DNA of 64,000 bases from an uncultured Alphaproteobacteria bacterium (GTDB lineage Bacteria > Pseudomonadota > Alphaproteobacteria > JAGOMX01). Both the position numbers and the translations under genes were made by a program. How positions within the stretch are numbered: position 1 is the stretch's first letter; the number at the start of each line of letters is the position of its first letter. Shown piece after piece: positions 20,820 through 32,196 of this stretch. Below the pieces are notes generated by a model. That model searched no databases. It was not told where the DNA came from and saw only the letters and a program-made list of their open reading frames with translations. The DNA is taken from the NCBI GenBank assembly GCA_963780985.1, contig CAWAEF010000017.1, positions 120,105 through 184,104 of the forward strand. The letters are read 5' to 3'.

Positions 20820-22136
20820 CTACATTTTACCCATGATACATTTTGCGACCGATCGACCCTCTCGTATGGCATAGTTCGTTCCACGGTCTTCTGGATAAAT
20901 GTGGGCCATAGATGAGATCGTACCGTTGTCAAACGGTGTTTCCTGCCCGGGGACATAGGATGAGTAATTACGCTCGGTTACCGGTTGTGCGTATTCAGCT
21001 CTCCAGACTTTATAGTCTTTAATCCAAGAACTATTCATATCTGGGAACATCCTTTTAAGATGGCCAAGAGCAAAGTCTAGATATTTATTGTCAGCATAAC
21101 TCCAGACTGGGTCTTCTGTGGCTAGGTATCTGGAGAGAAATACGATGTGCGTGCCATCATAGTTCTTTGGACTGTCAAAATTGGTATGTTCAATAACACC
21201 GACAAAAGGGAAGCCGGGATCATTTACGTTCAGCCAATAGGTATCCGATAGGCTTCTGTCGAGCTGAAGAACAAGGCACACATTACCCAAATAGTTTACC
21301 CGCCTCAGGGATTCAGTCCACTGTTTATCTGCAACCTTATCGAAAATATCTGCAATTATAGAAAACGAGGGGGTGAATAAGAATTGGTGGCCGCTAACTT
21401 CCGTATCCGATAATTGCAAGCCTTCAATTTTATTATCACGGCTGTTCACCCCTTTAACATGAGTGTTGTACCGTATTTCACCGCCGTTTTTGATGATCTC
21501 ATCGGCCATGGCCTGCGCTAGTCTTCCAAAGCCGCCTCTGAAATAGGCAAGCTGTTCGCCACCTTTCTTATCTCGCGTGCTGCCCCTTAGAACGAGCTTT
21601 TTCCACATCCAGACGGCGTTTACGCTCTCTGCATATACGGAGAATTTCGCCAGGATCAGGGGTTCCCAGACTAATTTGAATACGGTAGCTCCGCATAAAG
21701 GCTCCAGCCAATCACGGATGGAAAGGTGCTCGATTGTCTTCCAATCTTTGATTTTTCGGACCTTAAACACAAGGAGCCCAAGGCGTATGCGATCTATAAA
21801 TGAAAGGGGGGAAAATCGTAGCAGGTCTAGGGGTGTAGATAGCTTCCAGAACTGTCCATTGAAGTACATGCCCGTGCGAGATGGCATGGTTACGATTTGA
21901 TCTTTAAGCCCAAGTTCTTCAACCAATTCAGGAACGTGTACGTCGTTGTTAAACCAGTGATGGTAAAATTTCTCAATGGTGACACCATCCTTGAATTCAA
22001 ATGTGCCTGCCAAGCCACCAGGAGCAGAATCTGATTCTAGAATCAGTACGGATTTGCCCGCCTTTGTTAGCTCCAAGCCCGCTGTTAATCCTGTAAAGCC
22101 AGCTCCAACAATTACAACATCATATTTCTTACTCAT
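20820..22136 (-). CDS. FAD-dependent oxidoreductase (HemY/COG1232-like; possible NDP-sugar pyranose mutase)
   Basis: VVIVGAGFTGL, GGLAG, IEKFYHHWF, YPEDRGTNYA; last gene of the sugar cluster. Confidence 0.8.
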   Translation of the reverse strand: MSKKYDVVIVGAGFTGLTAGLELTKAGKSVLILESDSAPGGLAGTFEFKDGVTIEKFYHHWFNNDVHVPELVEELGLKDQIVTMPSRTGMYFNGQFWKLSTPLDLLRFSPLSFIDRIRLGLLVFKVRKIKDWKTIEHLSIRDWLEPLCGATVFKLVWEPLILAKFSVYAESVNAVWMWKKLVLRGSTRDKKGGEQLAYFRGGFGRLAQAMADEIIKNGGEIRYNTHVKGVNSRDNKIEGLQLSDTEVSGHQFLFTPSFSIIADIFDKVADKQWTESLRRVNYLGNVCLVLQLDRSLSDTYWLNVNDPGFPFVGVIEHTNFDSPKNYDGTHIVFLSRYLATEDPVWSYADNKYLDFALGHLKRMFPDMNSSWIKDYKVWRAEYAQPVTERNYSSYVPGQETPFDNGTISSMAHIYPEDRGTNYAIREGRSVAKCIMGKM

Positions 22137-22151
22137 CTTCAGCACTCCTCA

Positions 22152-23207
22152 TTATGTACTAATATTCTGAACTTGGGCAGACTCAGCTCTGCCATTAAAT
22201 AGTTTTGGATGGGATAGCATGGCCAGACTTCCTGCTAAGGTCGTGGGTAGCCAAACTCCCAGGTGAGCAATAAATGCGAAACTAGTTGCCTCAGCTTGGT
22301 CAGCTCCAAGCATCAGGAGTGTGGACGATGCGGCTAAATGAAAGGGGCCTACATACCCTGGTGACGATGGAACCAGCGTAGAAAGAGTTGCGATGGCCAT
22401 GACAGTCAGAGCTATAAATGGTCCTGTAAATTCAATTTTTAGGCTCATCAAAATAAAATAGTATAAGCCCGATTCACCAGCCCATACGATGGCAGAAAGG
22501 AGAAGTAAAGAAGACATCTTACTAAAACCGGACATCGCCTTTAGGCTGCGAAGGATGCCATTTATGACGTCTAGTAAGTTGGCTATGCGAACAAAACCCT
22601 TGGTCTGGAAATAACTTTGGATTTTCTCGGCCAGAGCACATACAAACAGATCCAGGGTCATCAGGCACAAAAGCAATGCAATCCCAAGCATGGTTAAAAC
22701 AGTGGCCATGTCCGTCAACCAGGATGGCATGTTCAATGAGGGACTGAATAACAAACCAAGCCCCAAGCACATCAGGAGTGTTAACAAATCAATTAACCGT
22801 TCAAGAAAAATGCTTGCAACAGCATCGGTTTTATTCACGCCTATGGCAGCTGGAAATACGAATGCCCGCACCACGTCTCCTGCGCGTAAGGGCAGTACAT
22901 TGTTGAGTGTAATTGAGCCCAAGAATGGCGCCGCACATTTGGAGAAACTGATGTTTGAGCCCGCTGAATTCAGCATAAGCTTCCATCGTTGAATCCTGGC
23001 TGCATACCCAATAGCAAGGGAACAAATACCCAACAGGACAAAAGACCATTGCAGATGACGTAAGGCTTCGTAAACGTCTGAAACATTTACATTTCTTACG
23101 GTAAGCCATATGCAAACTAGGGAAATTATGATCCCCAAGGCTTGCCTATACCATGATTTACGAGACGAACTCGTGTCTATCGCTGATGCGTGCTGTCCTT
23201 GTGGCAT
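22152..23207 (-). CDS. Lysylphosphatidylglycerol-synthase-TM / flippase-like membrane protein (UPF0104)
   Basis: RIQRW, NNVLPLRAGDVVR, ERLID, VPSSPGYVGPFH; multiple TM segments. Confidence 0.85.
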   Translation of the reverse strand: MPQGQHASAIDTSSSRKSWYRQALGIIISLVCIWLTVRNVNVSDVYEALRHLQWSFVLLGICSLAIGYAARIQRWKLMLNSAGSNISFSKCAAPFLGSITLNNVLPLRAGDVVRAFVFPAAIGVNKTDAVASIFLERLIDLLTLLMCLGLGLLFSPSLNMPSWLTDMATVLTMLGIALLLCLMTLDLFVCALAEKIQSYFQTKGFVRIANLLDVINGILRSLKAMSGFSKMSSLLLLSAIVWAGESGLYYFILMSLKIEFTGPFIALTVMAIATLSTLVPSSPGYVGPFHLAASSTLLMLGADQAEATSFAFIAHLGVWLPTTLAGSLAMLSHPKLFNGRAESAQVQNIST

Positions 23208-23208
23208 G

Positions 23209-23981
23209 CTATTTCCAAACCGCCCATGGGGCCTTCTTGGAATCCCATAACTTTTCTAATTCTCTTTTATCACGTAGCGTATCGCAAGGTTGCCAGAAGC
23301 CATGATGAATGTAGGACATCAAATGCCCCTCTTGGCCAGATTCTTCAGCGGTTCGTTTTCCCAGGAAGTTGAATCGCCATCAATATAATCAATGGCTTTT
23401 TTATCCAGGATAAAGAACCCGCCGTTAATCCAGCCTATTTCGTCCTTAGGCTTTTCTTCAAAGCTGCTGACCAAAGCATCTTCATTCACATTTAGCACAC
23501 CGAACCTGCCGGGAGGCTGGACAGCGGCGACTGTCGCCATCTTGCCATGGGCCTTATGAAATTCAATTTCTTTAGTTATATCAATATCCGCAAGGCCATC
23601 ACCATAGGTAAGGCAGAATGGTTTATCGTCTAAATATTGTGCAACACGCTTCAATCGGCCCCCGGTCATGGTGTCTTGACCCGTGTCAATCAATGTAACT
23701 GTCCAGTCTTCAGACTGAGAATCTAAAACTTTGTAATCCCCAGAGCCTAAGTCAATTTGCAGGTCTGAAGTGTGATGGTAATAGTTGAAGAAATATTCTT
23801 TCACCATATAGCTTTTGTAACCAAGACATATAATAAAATCCTTTACGCCATGATGGCTATAGGTTTTCATGATGTGCCATAACAATGGCTTTCCGCCGAT
23901 TTCGATCATCGGCTTTGGCCTGCTATCGGATTCTTCGGAGATTCTCGTTCCTAATCCACCGGCTAAAATTACTGCTTGCAT
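23209..23981 (-). CDS. rfbF: Glucose-1-phosphate cytidylyltransferase; frameshift near 23330
   Basis: MQAVILAGGLGTRISEE, PKPMIEIGG, TMTGGRLKR, TYGDG; C-terminus HHGFWQPCDTLRDK...APWAVWK in a shifted frame. Confidence 0.93.
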
Positions 23982-23995
23982 ACGACTCACCCTTT

Positions 23996-24985
23996 TTAAA
24001 ACTGTACTTCTTCTGGAGCAAAATTTAAGCTTTGCTCCACTATGGCCACCGGTTCTTTCCTCAGAATGATATATATTCTGAGGAGATATTCGCCCAATAT
24101 ACCCAACAACAAAGACTGGAACCCAATGCCAAAGAGAACCAGTATATGCATACTCGCCAGACCCGTAGGTAGATGGGGATACCAAAGTTTTAGGCATATG
24201 TAATAAAAAGCACCAAGAATACTTAAAAGTAAGAGCAATACCCCAGCCATGGTGGCTAGTCTTAGGGGCACGACAGAATGGTTGAAAATTCCCGAAAGGC
24301 CCAGATTTGTCAATTGACGAAAGCTAAACTTGCTTTCGCCCGCAACCCTGGCCGAGCGTTCGTAAGCAACGCCCTTTTGTTTAAAGCCCATGCTCGCGAT
24401 CATGCCTCTTAGATAAGGTTTGGCAGATCTATACTGTTTGAGTGCTTCGATAACCTTGCGGTCTATCAATCGGAAATCGCCGGCATCGCGAGGAATGGGA
24501 TGCTCGCTTAACTTATCAATGACCCAATAACCCAAGTTTCTGATTTTACTCATCAGCCAGCCTTCAGGCCTTTTTGCGCGGATACCGTAGACGACTTGAT
24601 AGCCTTGCTTCCACAAATCAAAGAATTCATCTAGCAATTCCGGCGGATCCTGAAGATCAGCATCAATTTGCAGAACGGCATCGCCCGAGGCATGCATATA
24701 ATTGGCTAGAATAGATCTTTGAAAGCCAAAGTTCTTGGAAAATCTTAAGGCACGCACGCGGTTATCAGCTTTTGCGAGCTCTTCTAACTTACGCCAGGTA
24801 TCGTCCGTAGAGTGATTGTCTGTAAATACAAATTCCAAATCACACTTGTTTTTCATCTTTACAGAAAGCTCATTTAATCTGTCATACAGACGATCAAGAT
24901 TGTCGGCTTCATTGAGAACAGGCACGCAAATTGATATTAACGGTCGATGTTCATGAATTTCTAAATTTAGATTATCTTTAAGCAC
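23996..24985 (-). CDS. GT2 polyprenyl-phosphate glycosyltransferase (GtrB/ArnC-like)
   Basis: ISICVPVLNE, DNHSTD, FSKNFGFQ, IDADLQDPPE, GDFRLIDR, two C-terminal TMs with GILGEY. Confidence 0.9.
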   Translation of the reverse strand: MLKDNLNLEIHEHRPLISICVPVLNEADNLDRLYDRLNELSVKMKNKCDLEFVFTDNHSTDDTWRKLEELAKADNRVRALRFSKNFGFQRSILANYMHASGDAVLQIDADLQDPPELLDEFFDLWKQGYQVVYGIRAKRPEGWLMSKIRNLGYWVIDKLSEHPIPRDAGDFRLIDRKVIEALKQYRSAKPYLRGMIASMGFKQKGVAYERSARVAGESKFSFRQLTNLGLSGIFNHSVVPLRLATMAGVLLLLLSILGAFYYICLKLWYPHLPTGLASMHILVLFGIGFQSLLLGILGEYLLRIYIILRKEPVAIVEQSLNFAPEEVQF

Positions 24986-25922
24986 TTTCAACAATATCCC
25001 CAAATTTTGGTTGCATCCCATAAAGTTCTAGGGATCTTAGTATACCCATCTCACAGGTAAAATCTGGCTTCCAACCGGTGTGGCTTTTGAATAGGGTTGG
25101 ATCTCCCACGACGATATCATTGTCATCGGGACGAAAAGGTAAGGCCCCAAAATCCAATAAGGATTCATCTGCCCCCATTAAACGAGCCGTCGTTCGGCAA
25201 AATTCGGCGACGCTGGTTCCTATACCTGTGGATATATTGTATACACCAGGACCTAACTTTCCGTCTAGTAAAGAATTTAGAGCAGAGACTATGCCAGAAC
25301 AAACGTCCTCCACATAAATAAAGTCCCTTATTTGTGAACCACTTGAAAGACTTACTTGTTTTTGTTCTTTCAAACCATTGAACAAGCAAGGCAGTAACCG
25401 ATGGGGAGCTTCCCCAGGACCGAAAACGTTAAACAATCTCGTGACTGCGACAGGTAGGCCTAGATTTTTACCCGTAGCAAGCGCCATTATCCCGCCCGCA
25501 GCCTTTGAAGTGCCGTATAGCCTGTCCGTTTCTAAAGGCGTGCTTTCGGCTATGCTGTCCGTAGGGTGCACAACTTTATATTCCGCACCACTGCCAATGG
25601 TGATAAGACCTTTCGCGCCCTTTTGAGCGGCAATCATTGCTAAATATGATGGCAGCATGGCATTAACTTGCAGCAATTGACTGACATCTCTATCCCCAGG
25701 GTTAACCCCAGCGGCTGCTAGATTAATAACCGCATCAAATTGATAGGGAGACAGTGAACCCTCAAGATCTTGAAGGGTAAAACCTGGGGTCACTATTGAT
25801 TCTAGATCTTTGATTTTTAGAGCATGCCGTCCTATAGCCAAGACCTCATGTCCCAAAGACATCAGGTAAGTTACAAGGTTTTTTCCTATGAACCCGCTGG
25901 ATCCGGTTAGTAATATTTTCAC
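24978..25922 (-). CDS. NAD-dependent epimerase/4-reductase (CDP-abequose/paratose-synthase-like extended SDR)
   Basis: LTGSSGFIG, YGTSK, RLFNVFGPGE, RDFIYVED; follows rfbG. Confidence 0.8.
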   Translation of the reverse strand: MKILLTGSSGFIGKNLVTYLMSLGHEVLAIGRHALKIKDLESIVTPGFTLQDLEGSLSPYQFDAVINLAAAGVNPGDRDVSQLLQVNAMLPSYLAMIAAQKGAKGLITIGSGAEYKVVHPTDSIAESTPLETDRLYGTSKAAGGIMALATGKNLGLPVAVTRLFNVFGPGEAPHRLLPCLFNGLKEQKQVSLSSGSQIRDFIYVEDVCSGIVSALNSLLDGKLGPGVYNISTGIGTSVAEFCRTTARLMGADESLLDFGALPFRPDDNDIVVGDPTLFKSHTGWKPDFTCEMGILRSLELYGMQPKFGDIVESA

Positions 25923-27031
25923 AGCGAATCCTCATTTGTCTGATTAAGTAGAGCTTGCCGCCAGTCTTGGATTTGTGCGCGCGTGTAGTTCTGAATTTCT
26001 TCTGGTTCCTGATAGAATTTCTTGTACCAGTTTGCTGTTTCACAAATCACCCGGCGAGTGTCCCATGCGGGCACCCAGTTAATCAAGTTGCGGGCTAAGG
26101 AACTGTCTAAAGCCAAGGCAGAAGCCTCAGATAGAGGGGCTTCCATATATTCCAAGTCAGGACGCGTCCATTCCTTGGATAAAATTTCCAGTACATCCTT
26201 AACCGAAAACTCCTTCGTTTCTTGTGGGCCAAGATTCCATGCCCGTGCAAATTTTTGGGGCTGCTCTAGCAGTCCTGCTAGTAACATCAGGTATCCTTGG
26301 GTCAATGCCAAGACATGTTGCCAGGGTCTGGTTGCATTTGGATAGCGCAAAGTTAGTTTTGAATTTGTGACAGCTGCCCTTACAAAGTCCGGGATCAATC
26401 TATCCTCTGACCAATCCCCTCCTCCGATGATGTTTCCACCGCGAGCTGCGGCGATAGCCAGGCCGCTGCCGTCTAATTTTCCGTATGCATATTGATAGCT
26501 CTCTATGACCATCTCCGCCGCAGATTTAGAGGCACTATAAGGGTCTTTGCCGCCGAGTGGATCATTTTCTCTATAGGGCCATGGCCATTCGTTATTCTTG
26601 TACACTTTGTCGGTTGTTACGCATACCACACCTTTAACAGACTTCGTGAGCCTGGCAGCTTCAAGCACATGGGCCGTACCAATCACGTTGGTGGTGAATG
26701 TAGATACTGGCTCAGCGCAAGATTTTCGGACTAACGGTTGAGCCGCTAAATGTAGAATCAACTCAGGTTGGAATCGCTCAACCGCAGACCTAAGCTTCTC
26801 GTAATCACAGATATCATTAAATTCGCCCGATACGATGTTCTGGATGTCCAATGTGTTATAAAGGGATGGCTCCGTGTTAGGAGATAGAGAATATCCGTAT
26901 ACCTCGGCCCCAATATGGTTTAGCCATAGGCACACCCAGCCCCCAGTAAACCCGGAGTGGCCGGTTACAAATACACGCTTGCCGCGTAAGGTTTGTTCGA
27001 ACTGTAGTAAATCTTGTTTTGTGCTTTTCAT
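25919..27031 (-). CDS. rfbG: CDP-glucose 4,6-dehydratase
   Basis: VFVTGHSGFTGGW, HLAAQPLVR, TTDKVY, DPYSASK, GNIIGGGDWSEDRLIPD, RPWQHVL. Confidence 0.95.
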   Translation of the reverse strand: MKSTKQDLLQFEQTLRGKRVFVTGHSGFTGGWVCLWLNHIGAEVYGYSLSPNTEPSLYNTLDIQNIVSGEFNDICDYEKLRSAVERFQPELILHLAAQPLVRKSCAEPVSTFTTNVIGTAHVLEAARLTKSVKGVVCVTTDKVYKNNEWPWPYRENDPLGGKDPYSASKSAAEMVIESYQYAYGKLDGSGLAIAAARGGNIIGGGDWSEDRLIPDFVRAAVTNSKLTLRYPNATRPWQHVLALTQGYLMLLAGLLEQPQKFARAWNLGPQETKEFSVKDVLEILSKEWTRPDLEYMEAPLSEASALALDSSLARNLINWVPAWDTRRVICETANWYKKFYQEPEEIQNYTRAQIQDWRQALLNQTNEDSL

Positions 27032-27045
27032 TTCAACCTAATACT

Positions 27046-28734
27046 TTAATTGTTCGTCTTAGCATGCGCATCGCCATGAATCAAACCGTCTGTCGTAGAA
27101 TCATCGTTTGCACTGCTCGCTTTTGAGCCGCTCAAATGTCGGCCAACGCACTCGCCATTGACAATAACTAATGAACCTGATGGCTTGGATACCCGGCATG
27201 CTTTTATATCATAAGGCAGCGCGTTCTCAGAGGTTATAATATTTTCTATTCTGGAAAAGTCCCCAGGCATTTTTCCTACCAGGATATCGTAAAGAGGCCT
27301 ATTGCTTCCGCTACCGTCGAGATGAGCCCTAGGCGTATTTAGATTCGCTATAGTGAACATATAATTTATTGCGGAGGGAACGCCTTCTATGTTAATTGCA
27401 AAATCATATTTACCATCTTCATGCTGCAACTCCGTAAAACGAGTGACGTCAAGCTGCTTATTCAGCTCTATTACTCGCGATACATTTACCGCTTTTGACT
27501 TAGGAGTTATTGATAGAACCGATATAATTATAAATAAAGGGGTTGCTACATAACAGAATGCAGGAAGATAACTTTGAACACTACCGCTAGGTTTGCTCGA
27601 TTTTTCCTTGCTCAACATGCTCACAACCAGCATAACAATATTCATTAAAAGCGCTGTATTTAATGCAAAGCCATACTTCTTAATGGCGTATTCTGACCCA
27701 TGCCCAAAGTATAATGCTAGGCATTGTAATATGCAGAGACCAGATACCACAAGACCATAAAGACTGGTATATTTAAAGAGTGTATATCTGGTTCTTTCAT
27801 CCTCGGAGCTAAGATTGAACCACTTAAATAGTAATGCCGCAGATGTGCAAATGACAAATATGCATAAGAATACAAAGCTGCTCAAAGTTGGGGTATACAG
27901 AAAACTCACTGAACCATTGTTGCGGCTTATCTCACTCATGGCTGCCAGAGAGGGGTGGAAAACGATTGATGCTGAAGCAACAAGCATAATAAGGCAGGCC
28001 ACAAAGAACTTCTTTTTACGGTCTTCTGCAGTTGCCTGAATTAAATCTATAGCCATCAGAAAGAACAATAAGCCAAAAAGCTCGAGAGCGGGCATTAAAT
28101 GCGTCCATTGCAAGATAGGTAGAAATAGTAAAAGAACGAGGTATCTAAAAATCGGATTCTCTTCACTTTGTTCATTGCGAATCATGAAGGCTAGCAAACC
28201 AAACAACATGGCTTGTCCAACTAATTGGGCATAGAAAAAGCTTGATACCACCTCGTATCCGTGTATCTCAACATGCATATATCGCCGATTTAAGACCAAG
28301 GCGGCGGATAACAATAAGAAGCACGAGAATGCTCTTCTGACGGGCAAGGAATTTACCATGCTCGCAATACTCGCCCACAAGAGTATGATTGAGGCCAAGG
28401 TTACAACTTGCAGACCTAAGAAACTCGAGCCAAGAACTTTGCCAGTTATTGCTGCCAAAATATGTGATAAGGGAGGATATAGATTCATCTCATCCAAGGT
28501 GGGATCATTTACAGGAAGGGACAAAAGGTCACTGATTCGGTAAACTAACGCATAATGATGAGCCAGATCAACACCACCGGACCATATGTATTTAATTTTA
28601 TAAATAATTAGGCCTACAATTACGCTTATGACTATGAACAGCGAAAACAGCCTCAGGTGAATCGGGTTTTCTTTTAACAATTCTGTCGCCGTCAGCCCGA
28701 GGGAGATTCGCTGAGAATTACCGGATTCGTTCAT
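27046..28734 (-). CDS. Polytopic membrane protein, putative GT-C glycosyltransferase
   Basis: Roughly 11-13 hydrophobic segments, first loop with DLAHH...YPPLSH, soluble C-terminal tail; inside the glycosylation cluster. Confidence 0.6.
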   Translation of the reverse strand: MNESGNSQRISLGLTATELLKENPIHLRLFSLFIVISVIVGLIIYKIKYIWSGGVDLAHHYALVYRISDLLSLPVNDPTLDEMNLYPPLSHILAAITGKVLGSSFLGLQVVTLASIILLWASIASMVNSLPVRRAFSCFLLLSAALVLNRRYMHVEIHGYEVVSSFFYAQLVGQAMLFGLLAFMIRNEQSEENPIFRYLVLLLFLPILQWTHLMPALELFGLLFFLMAIDLIQATAEDRKKKFFVACLIMLVASASIVFHPSLAAMSEISRNNGSVSFLYTPTLSSFVFLCIFVICTSAALLFKWFNLSSEDERTRYTLFKYTSLYGLVVSGLCILQCLALYFGHGSEYAIKKYGFALNTALLMNIVMLVVSMLSKEKSSKPSGSVQSYLPAFCYVATPLFIIISVLSITPKSKAVNVSRVIELNKQLDVTRFTELQHEDGKYDFAINIEGVPSAINYMFTIANLNTPRAHLDGSGSNRPLYDILVGKMPGDFSRIENIITSENALPYDIKACRVSKPSGSLVIVNGECVGRHLSGSKASSANDDSTTDGLIHGDAHAKTNN

Positions 28735-28805
28735 TTAGTGTTTGCCCTATTTACAGATACATAAAGACCGCTTCACAACGGCGCTTCTACATAAGTTATA
28801 ACTGA

Positions 28806-30799
28806 CTATAAGAGTTTTATCGTTTTAATGGAAACTCCAAGATCACGGGGGTCATTACTCAAGCCTAAATCCTTTGGAGAGATCGCATCCGGTAACTCAA
28901 ACTTTATACGAATCAGATTTGAGGAATCCTCCGGCACCAATAGTTCTATATCTTGATCTGGTTTTTCCGCAACATAAAAATATTCCACCGGCTGAGAATT
29001 GTTGATGGAGACTATCATTCTTTGTTTATGCCCCTTTGCAACAAAGCCAGTTGTTGAGAATAATACCCTCTTAGGACGGCTATTAGCGACCGCTGTAATT
29101 TCAAATTGTATTGATGACTTATTGCTTATAGTCCATCGCCCAATATTTTCTGGACCTCCAAATCCTTGTATATCGCAACCGATTAAATCATAATCCTCAT
29201 CTGCGGATAAATTTATCGAATCGCCTGTAGCATAGGATTTTTGAATATTTTTGATCTCGGCATCAGTCAGTCTATAATAAAAGGGCTGCCCTGGCATGCC
29301 ATCAGGGATTTTAGATGTTATTAATTGGGTCAATAGTATCGGATCATAGCTACAGATTCTGTTACCCTGGATAAACGTGCCTTGCCCCCTCAAAATCAAT
29401 ATCTTTCTACAATCCGGACCTATGACCGCAAAATTATCATTCTCGGCAATTCTTCTTAAATCTGAATATCTACCCACGAAGATATCAGCTGGCGGATCAT
29501 ATGCCCAGGGCATTTTGCTCTGTATAAAGTAAGACAACTTAGTTGGTGTATGAAAATTTTCAGGCAAACTTGGGTTATAGTTTTGGTAGGAATAGTATGA
29601 ACATAAAATAACGCCAATCGCTATAATACCGCGGTTGTATTTTGTGGCCAGCACCCAATTTAACGACATCAACATATACGGGAAAAAGAGTGGTATATAC
29701 CACGTGGCGTATCTGGCTATACTAATCGTGCCTCCACTATTCAGACCATATGTGGAAGATTGCGCGAACAAACTGATGACAAGATATGCGAGAAGAAAAT
29801 AATACCAAGATTTATCTTTAGCGTACTCACTAACGGACTTAGAAAACAATAAAGGTACCAAAATCAAGAGCCCTAAACACCAATTTCCGATTAATCCAAT
29901 ATCAGGTTCAAAAAACCACACCCAGAAATACTTTAAATTATAACCCACACCAGCGCCGCCAGCCAAAAGTTGGGGGGTGATAACACCGTAACGGGAGTAA
30001 TAATACAAGGGGTGAAGACAAACAATGACACAGGTCAATGACAGTAGAATCAGTTGTGACCTGCTCAACTTTTCTGATCGGTCAGCAAATAATGAATATA
30101 GAACAATTAAGCCGGATATGGCTGCAAATGATATATTTTGAGTTGAGGCTAGGGCTAAGAAGAATGCCGCTAGAATATATTCCTTTTTAAGGATAACAAT
30201 GACAGCACTGAGTGCCAGACAGTATGTAAAAAACTCGGTATGTACCTTGTCTGTAAACCACAACATAGGTGAGAATACCGTTAAAAGGATCACTGCACTG
30301 AGGCCTTGCCAGCCAAAGCGGCGAAATGAGAGAATCAGAGGAACAGAAAATAGCAAGGCATGGGTGTATATGAAGGACTTATGTGCAGGCAGGTTGATAC
30401 CAAATACCATTACCAACTTGCTTAACAAAGCAGCTAGAAGACTATAGAAAGAAAAATGATTAAAATCCGCCGTGTCACCAAGGCGTAGCTCTGGAAATTG
30501 ATTCTGGTAGTGCTCAAGGGCCGGTATATCCTGTATCTTATCTGATGCAATCAGCTGTCCAAAATCTGACCAACTTTGGGCCGTCATGAAAGGCAGAAAC
30601 GTGTTCTCCAAGCAAAAAACATAGCGTAATATTCACCGCCATCCCCAACCCTTAGGGCATGATTGTTCAGCAAGATAGAAAAGATGCCAAGAGTTATAAG
30701 ACAAACCGCTAAATAAGGCGTCTTATGTGTAATTCCGAAAATAGTTGGCTTCACTTTTACGTTCTTAGCGGCTTCGTGATTTATGCTCGAGTGCGACAC
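28806..30799 (-). CDS. Polytopic membrane protein, putative GT-C glycosyltransferase with a C-terminal periplasmic domain; frameshift near 30600
   Basis: First TM followed by GDGGEYY, HFSFYS, HTEFF; C-terminal GRWT...DPRDLGV motif. Confidence 0.6.
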
Positions 30800-30897
30800 A
30801 CATACATTTCCTATTTCAATTCAACACCAGTCAGAAAGTGTGGACACTGAAACAGTTTTTCCGTTTTTTTGCAAGATAAAACACAACCCCCTCAGGA

Positions 30898-31939
30898 CTA
30901 CTTTTCGCCCGGCCGAGATAATTCCGCTAAGCGTTCAAGCCCGTCCATATCTACCCCTAGAGCTGCTATAGCTCTATTGGCTACTAGCCTATTATTCGCA
31001 GCTATTCCTTGCGCGAACATGTTGACAGCTCTATGCATAACCTGTTTGTGCACAATTGGATTCATTTGCTCTAGATGCCTTACCGTAGTACAGACCACAT
31101 CTATCGTTCCGGAATTGGCGGGGCCAAACCCTCTTCGAAAAATTGGCATGACTCTCCGGTGGCCACTTTCATAACCAGTACGCGAGGATATTCAGCCATA
31201 ACGGGATAGAGGCCCGCGCGCTTTTCTATTTCACTGGAGATCTGAGCATTGGAGCTCCCTCGCAGTCTTTCTGCGTCCTCTGTCGTCAGCCCAAAGCGCT
31301 CATAAGAATAATACTTAACCCCTGAAGAGGATCGCTCCTTACAGTATAAAAACAGGGGTGTTACATCTACAGAATCCACTGCAAAACCAAAATGACGTAG
31401 CCGGTTGTATACATCTCTCAACAGAATACTGCAATAACCTGACACCAAATTCACTTTGGCTTTAGAACGCATATCTTTCGGGAAATGGTTGAGAAATTCC
31501 AATAACAAATTGCGATCCACACTCTCGAACCCCACATGCATGACACCGGCTTTAACGCCAGGCAAATAAATACCTAAGCCCACATTTTCGTACAAATGGG
31601 GGCCACAAGATAGGGCATTTGGGAAAAGTTCTTGGCTTCTGTGATTACGTATGTGTTACCTACAGCGGGATAGAACTTCTGATCCACACCTGACGCTGGA
31701 AACTGAAACATGCACATGGGATCTATGATCAGGTTCTTTGTTTTTGGCAGTTTAAGTAGCTGCTGCAAACCCTCAGGCATTTTCCTTTGGCAATCGCTCT
31801 CACTCATGAATACCAAAGTTTGTTTGATCGTAGAGGATTCGTCCAACACATCTGTCAACTGGAAACTAGGGTCAGACGCTTGCACCCCGGCACACAGAAC
31901 TGCACTTAGCAAAATTAATGCTTGAAACATATTATTCAT
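30898..31939 (-). CDS. Hypothetical secreted protein split across three ORFs
   Basis: Signal peptide MNNMFQALILLSAVLCAGVQAS; overlapping ORFs 31574-31939, 31101-31595 and 30898-31149. Confidence 0.5.
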
Positions 31940-32196
31940 AAATCACCTCATATCATGGACATACTGCTGTCTATAACATTTGAGACTTTTCGTCAATTTT
32001 CATGTGGTGAACTAATACAGTTTTTTCCCCGCCTGCATATATATTACCTAAGGATGGATATAGCTATTTGAATGCATGCTTTTTTTTCGTGAATAAGAGT
32101 TTGAAAATGTGCTAAAGTTGACGAGTTGAAATAGGACTTGGTCACATGTTATGGGTCCAAGCATTGCACGATAATTTATGGGAAAGTGGATTTATC

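Noticed and set aside
31500-31670. CheD/CNF1-like deamidase resemblance (…YENVGLGIY…GVMH)
   Set aside because: The catalytic Cys is not evident and a frameshift falls in the motif; too weak to call.
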